From Octopus sinensis (lineage: Eukaryota), in NCBI RefSeq assembly GCF_006345805.1, contig NC_043001.1, positions 122,140,001-122,204,000 on the forward strand: a DNA stretch of 64,000 nucleotides, in the 5' to 3' direction. Below are positions 61,028 to 64,000 of the stretch, one piece after another; within the stretch, counting starts at the first letter, position 1, and each line of letters begins with the position of its first letter. The notes beneath the pieces were generated by a model. It searched no databases. It was not told the origin of the DNA and worked only from the letters and a program-made list of their open reading frames with translations. Position numbers and translations under genes: made by a program.

Positions 61028-62260
61028 TTTTATTTGTTTCAGTCATTAGACGACGGTCATGCTGGAGCACTGCTTTGTAGAATCTTTCGTCTTAATTCTT
61101 ACCCCGTTTTTCTTTTTCCCCTTGAGCCACGGGAGGGTGGAGATCCTCCGTTTTGTCCAGCGGATCTTCCCTCCCTCCCGCAGCTTGCGGATCCTTCGGT
61201 GGGCAACCATTGTTGCCCACCTTTCATTTCTTGCTCTTTTCGAGGAGGTTTCCACCTCCTCGACTTCCTCTTCCTCTTCCTCCAATGAGGGAGCAGGACC
61301 TTATTTTGGTCCTGAGGTCAGTTCTTTTTAATATAGCCCGGTTCCAGGTACAGGTGACACTTGGTGGGGGGTGTCTCGCAACTATCACCGGATAACTAGA
61401 CTCGGCCATTCTTAAAAAATCTGGAAATACTAGATTTTCGGCTGATTGTGTCCACAGGGTGTAATAGCTTTTGACCCCTCCCAATCAGCTGCAGGCAGGA
61501 TATTCACATTGAGGAGCTTGGTACTGCTGCCACCCAGACGCCGGCAGATAGTATCCTCTATCCACTCGGGCTCAATTACGGGTGGCAAGCCACAGACACA
61601 AGTCCTCGTCAACTTCTTCCCACAATAAGTGGGAAGAAACAAAATTTCTTTGTCCTCCAGAGGCTGGCTCGCGAATTTGCGAGCCACCTCGTAGGTGTCA
61701 AATAGCAACCACACCGTTGCGTATTTGACCCCCGAGAGATATACTTAATAGTTGATATATGTCCCACCAACTCTTTTTCATTTACATTTTTCTCAAAGAC
61801 GATGATGTTGTCGAGGGACTTGGAGTAAGTCCTCAACACCACCGTCTTCTTTTCGAACTCTTCCAACCATTTCTTGGGTGGCACTATTTCCCACTCCACA
61901 TTTTTTTCATTGTTTTTGCCATGTTAAATGAAAAGTTCAAACAATAGTTCAAAAATTCAAAACAATTCAAAGGAAAAATCACAAAGACAGTCTCAACCAA
62001 ACAGGAAGAAGAAGAAAAAAGATAAAAAGTTCAATAAAGTGTTTGAAAATAAAAGATAGAAGAGAGAGCGACAGTTCAAAACACACAGCATAAAATCCTT
62101 TGGCCACATGGTACTCCTGGCCTTCAATTTGAAACTGGAACACAGCTTCTCACAGTTGTTGTATAACTCCACATAAACCAACTTTTTCTGCGAACAATTC
62201 TCAAAATTAATTGAGAACAACACGATTCTCGAACTAAGTTTGGAGACAGGATACGCCAGA
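61028..62260 (-). mobile_element. Second ORF1-only non-LTR element, joined to a family-B SINE tail (61028-61085)
   Basis: MEWEIVPPKKWLEEFEKKTVVLR...WLLFDTYEVARKFASQPL...FLPTYCGKK; knuckle remnant TKCHLYLEPGYIKKN*P (CX2CX4HX4C); poly-E tract. Confidence 0.65.
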
Positions 62261-62404
62261 AAGATTTCCTGCTGGTCCGAAACCTAATTCCACAGGAGAA
62301 AAAATTCTCCTTTATGCAACTTCAGGTAGCTGGCTATAGTATGAATGCTTCATGAGGTAAACGACTGGATTATCTCATCATTTCTTGCTAACTATATATA
62401 TATA

Positions 62405-63898
62405 TTTCAACAATTGAGGGTAAAATTAATTAGTTATTAATCAATTTCACCAAGTATTCAGTATGTAAAGGGACCATTTAAGACGAATTCAAAATATTAC
62501 ATTGTATAAAAGGGCTTAGTAAAATAAATTACTTTGCCACATACTGAACTCATTAGAAATAGCAGCCAAAAAAGATTTTTTAGCCATTTCCAATACTTAA
62601 AGAAAATTTCTCTCAGGTAGTGCTTACTCAAAATAACCCACGAAGGTATGGGGGTAAAAACATTAAAAAATCACAAGTGCAAAGATTATTTGAGAACGTA
62701 CGTTTCTAGATCAGCCAAATACAATTCGACATTTCTTTCGTCAGCCCAAAATTTCTTAATTCGGATTTGGAAACACTGAAAGTAGGAGCATACCCTTTTG
62801 GCGACTTTTCACCTCAGAAGATCCGTTCAAAACTAACAGTGCCAACAAATTCAAAATATGCAAGCGAAGAATTCCTGCTCTCCCCCTTCCACCCACGTGG
62901 GTCACTAGTAAACACCATATTTTATCGGTGAAAACCGAGGCATTAAACAGAGAGAATGAATTATAATTTCAACAATGAGGGTAAAATTAATTAGTTATTA
63001 ATCAATTTCACCAAGTATTCAGTATGTAAAGGGACCATTTAAGACGAATTCAAAATATTACATGTATAAAAGGGCTTAGTAAAATAAATTACTTTGCCAC
63101 ATACTGAACTCATTAGAAATAGCAGCCAAAAAAGATTTTTTAGCCATTTCCAATACTTAAAGAAAATTTCTCTCAGGTAGTGATTACTCAAAATAACCCA
63201 CGAAGGTATGGGGGTAAAAACATTAAAAAAATCACAAGTGCAAAGATTATTTGAGAACGTACGTTTCTAGATCAGCCAAATACAATTCGACATTTCTTTC
63301 GTCAGCCCAAAATTTCTTAATTCGGATTTGGAAACACTGAAAGTAGGAGCATACCCTTTTGGCGACTTTTCACCTCAGAAGATCCGTTCAAAACTAACAG
63401 TGCCAACAAATTCAAAATATGCAAGCGAAGAATTATAATTCATTTCTCTCTGTTTAATGCCTCGGTTTTCACCGATAAAATATGGTGTTTACTAGTCTGA
63501 CCCACGTGGGTGGAAGGGGGAGAGCAGGAATTCTTCGCTTGCATATTTTGAATTTGTTGGCACTGTTAGTTTTGAACGGATCTTCTGAGGTGAAAAGTCG
63601 CCAAAAGGGTATGCTCCTACTTTCAGTGTTTCCAAATCCGAATTAAGAAATTTTGGGCTGACGAAAGAAATGTCGAATTGTATTTGGCTGATCTAGAAAC
63701 GTACGTTCTCAAATAATCTTTGCACTTGTGATTTTTTAATGTTTTACCCCCATACCTTCGTGGGTATTTTGAGTAATCATACCTGAGAGAAATTTTCTTT
63801 AAGTATTGGAAATGGCTAAAAAATCTTTTTTGGTTGCTATTTCTAATGAGTTCAGTATGTGGCAAAGTAATTTATTTTACTAAGCCCTTTTATACAAT
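62405..63898. repeat. Duplication-inversion complex A-B-A'-inv(B)-inv(A) between two (TA)n tracts
   Basis: A 62405-62872, B 62873-62965, A' 62966-63434, inverted copy 63435-63898; copies differ at only a few positions. Confidence 0.9.
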
Positions 63899-63900
63899 AT

Positions 63901-63938
<38 letters not shown>

Positions 63939-64000
63939 CCAATTAAGGACTGAACACGAAAGTGGACAGTCAACATGCTAGATATAGACGTCAAATCGCC

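Overview
AT-rich, repeat-dense animal genomic DNA, most likely an octopus (inferred from microsatellite density and the SINE families). It is not prokaryotic, and there are no CRISPR arrays, rRNA genes or true tRNA genes. I reconstructed two spliced minus-strand protein-coding genes by hand from GT-AG sites and frame continuity. (1) A complete 6-exon, 213-aa CYBC1/EROS (C17orf62, the NOX2 chaperone) homologue at 17517->6837, invisible in the ORF track as a whole. (2) The 3' nine coding exons of a CYP4V2-like cytochrome P450 at 60760->38072; its 5' exons lie beyond the window, and it has one intron more than human CYP4V2. The rest is a mosaic of mobile DNA: a near-full-length Dong/R4-clade LINE in a (TAA)n tract, a decayed CR1-clade LINE fused to a Dong fragment, two ORF1-only (HAL1-like) retroelements ending in SINE-type tails, a bipartite RTE derivative, RTE and Penelope remnants, a full-length decayed mariner, Helitrons, several MITEs/foldbacks, many SINEs, mini/microsatellites and a near-identical duplication-inversion at the right end. 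Family assignments come from recalled motifs, not database searches, and repeat boundaries are approximate unless a TSD or TIR is quoted.
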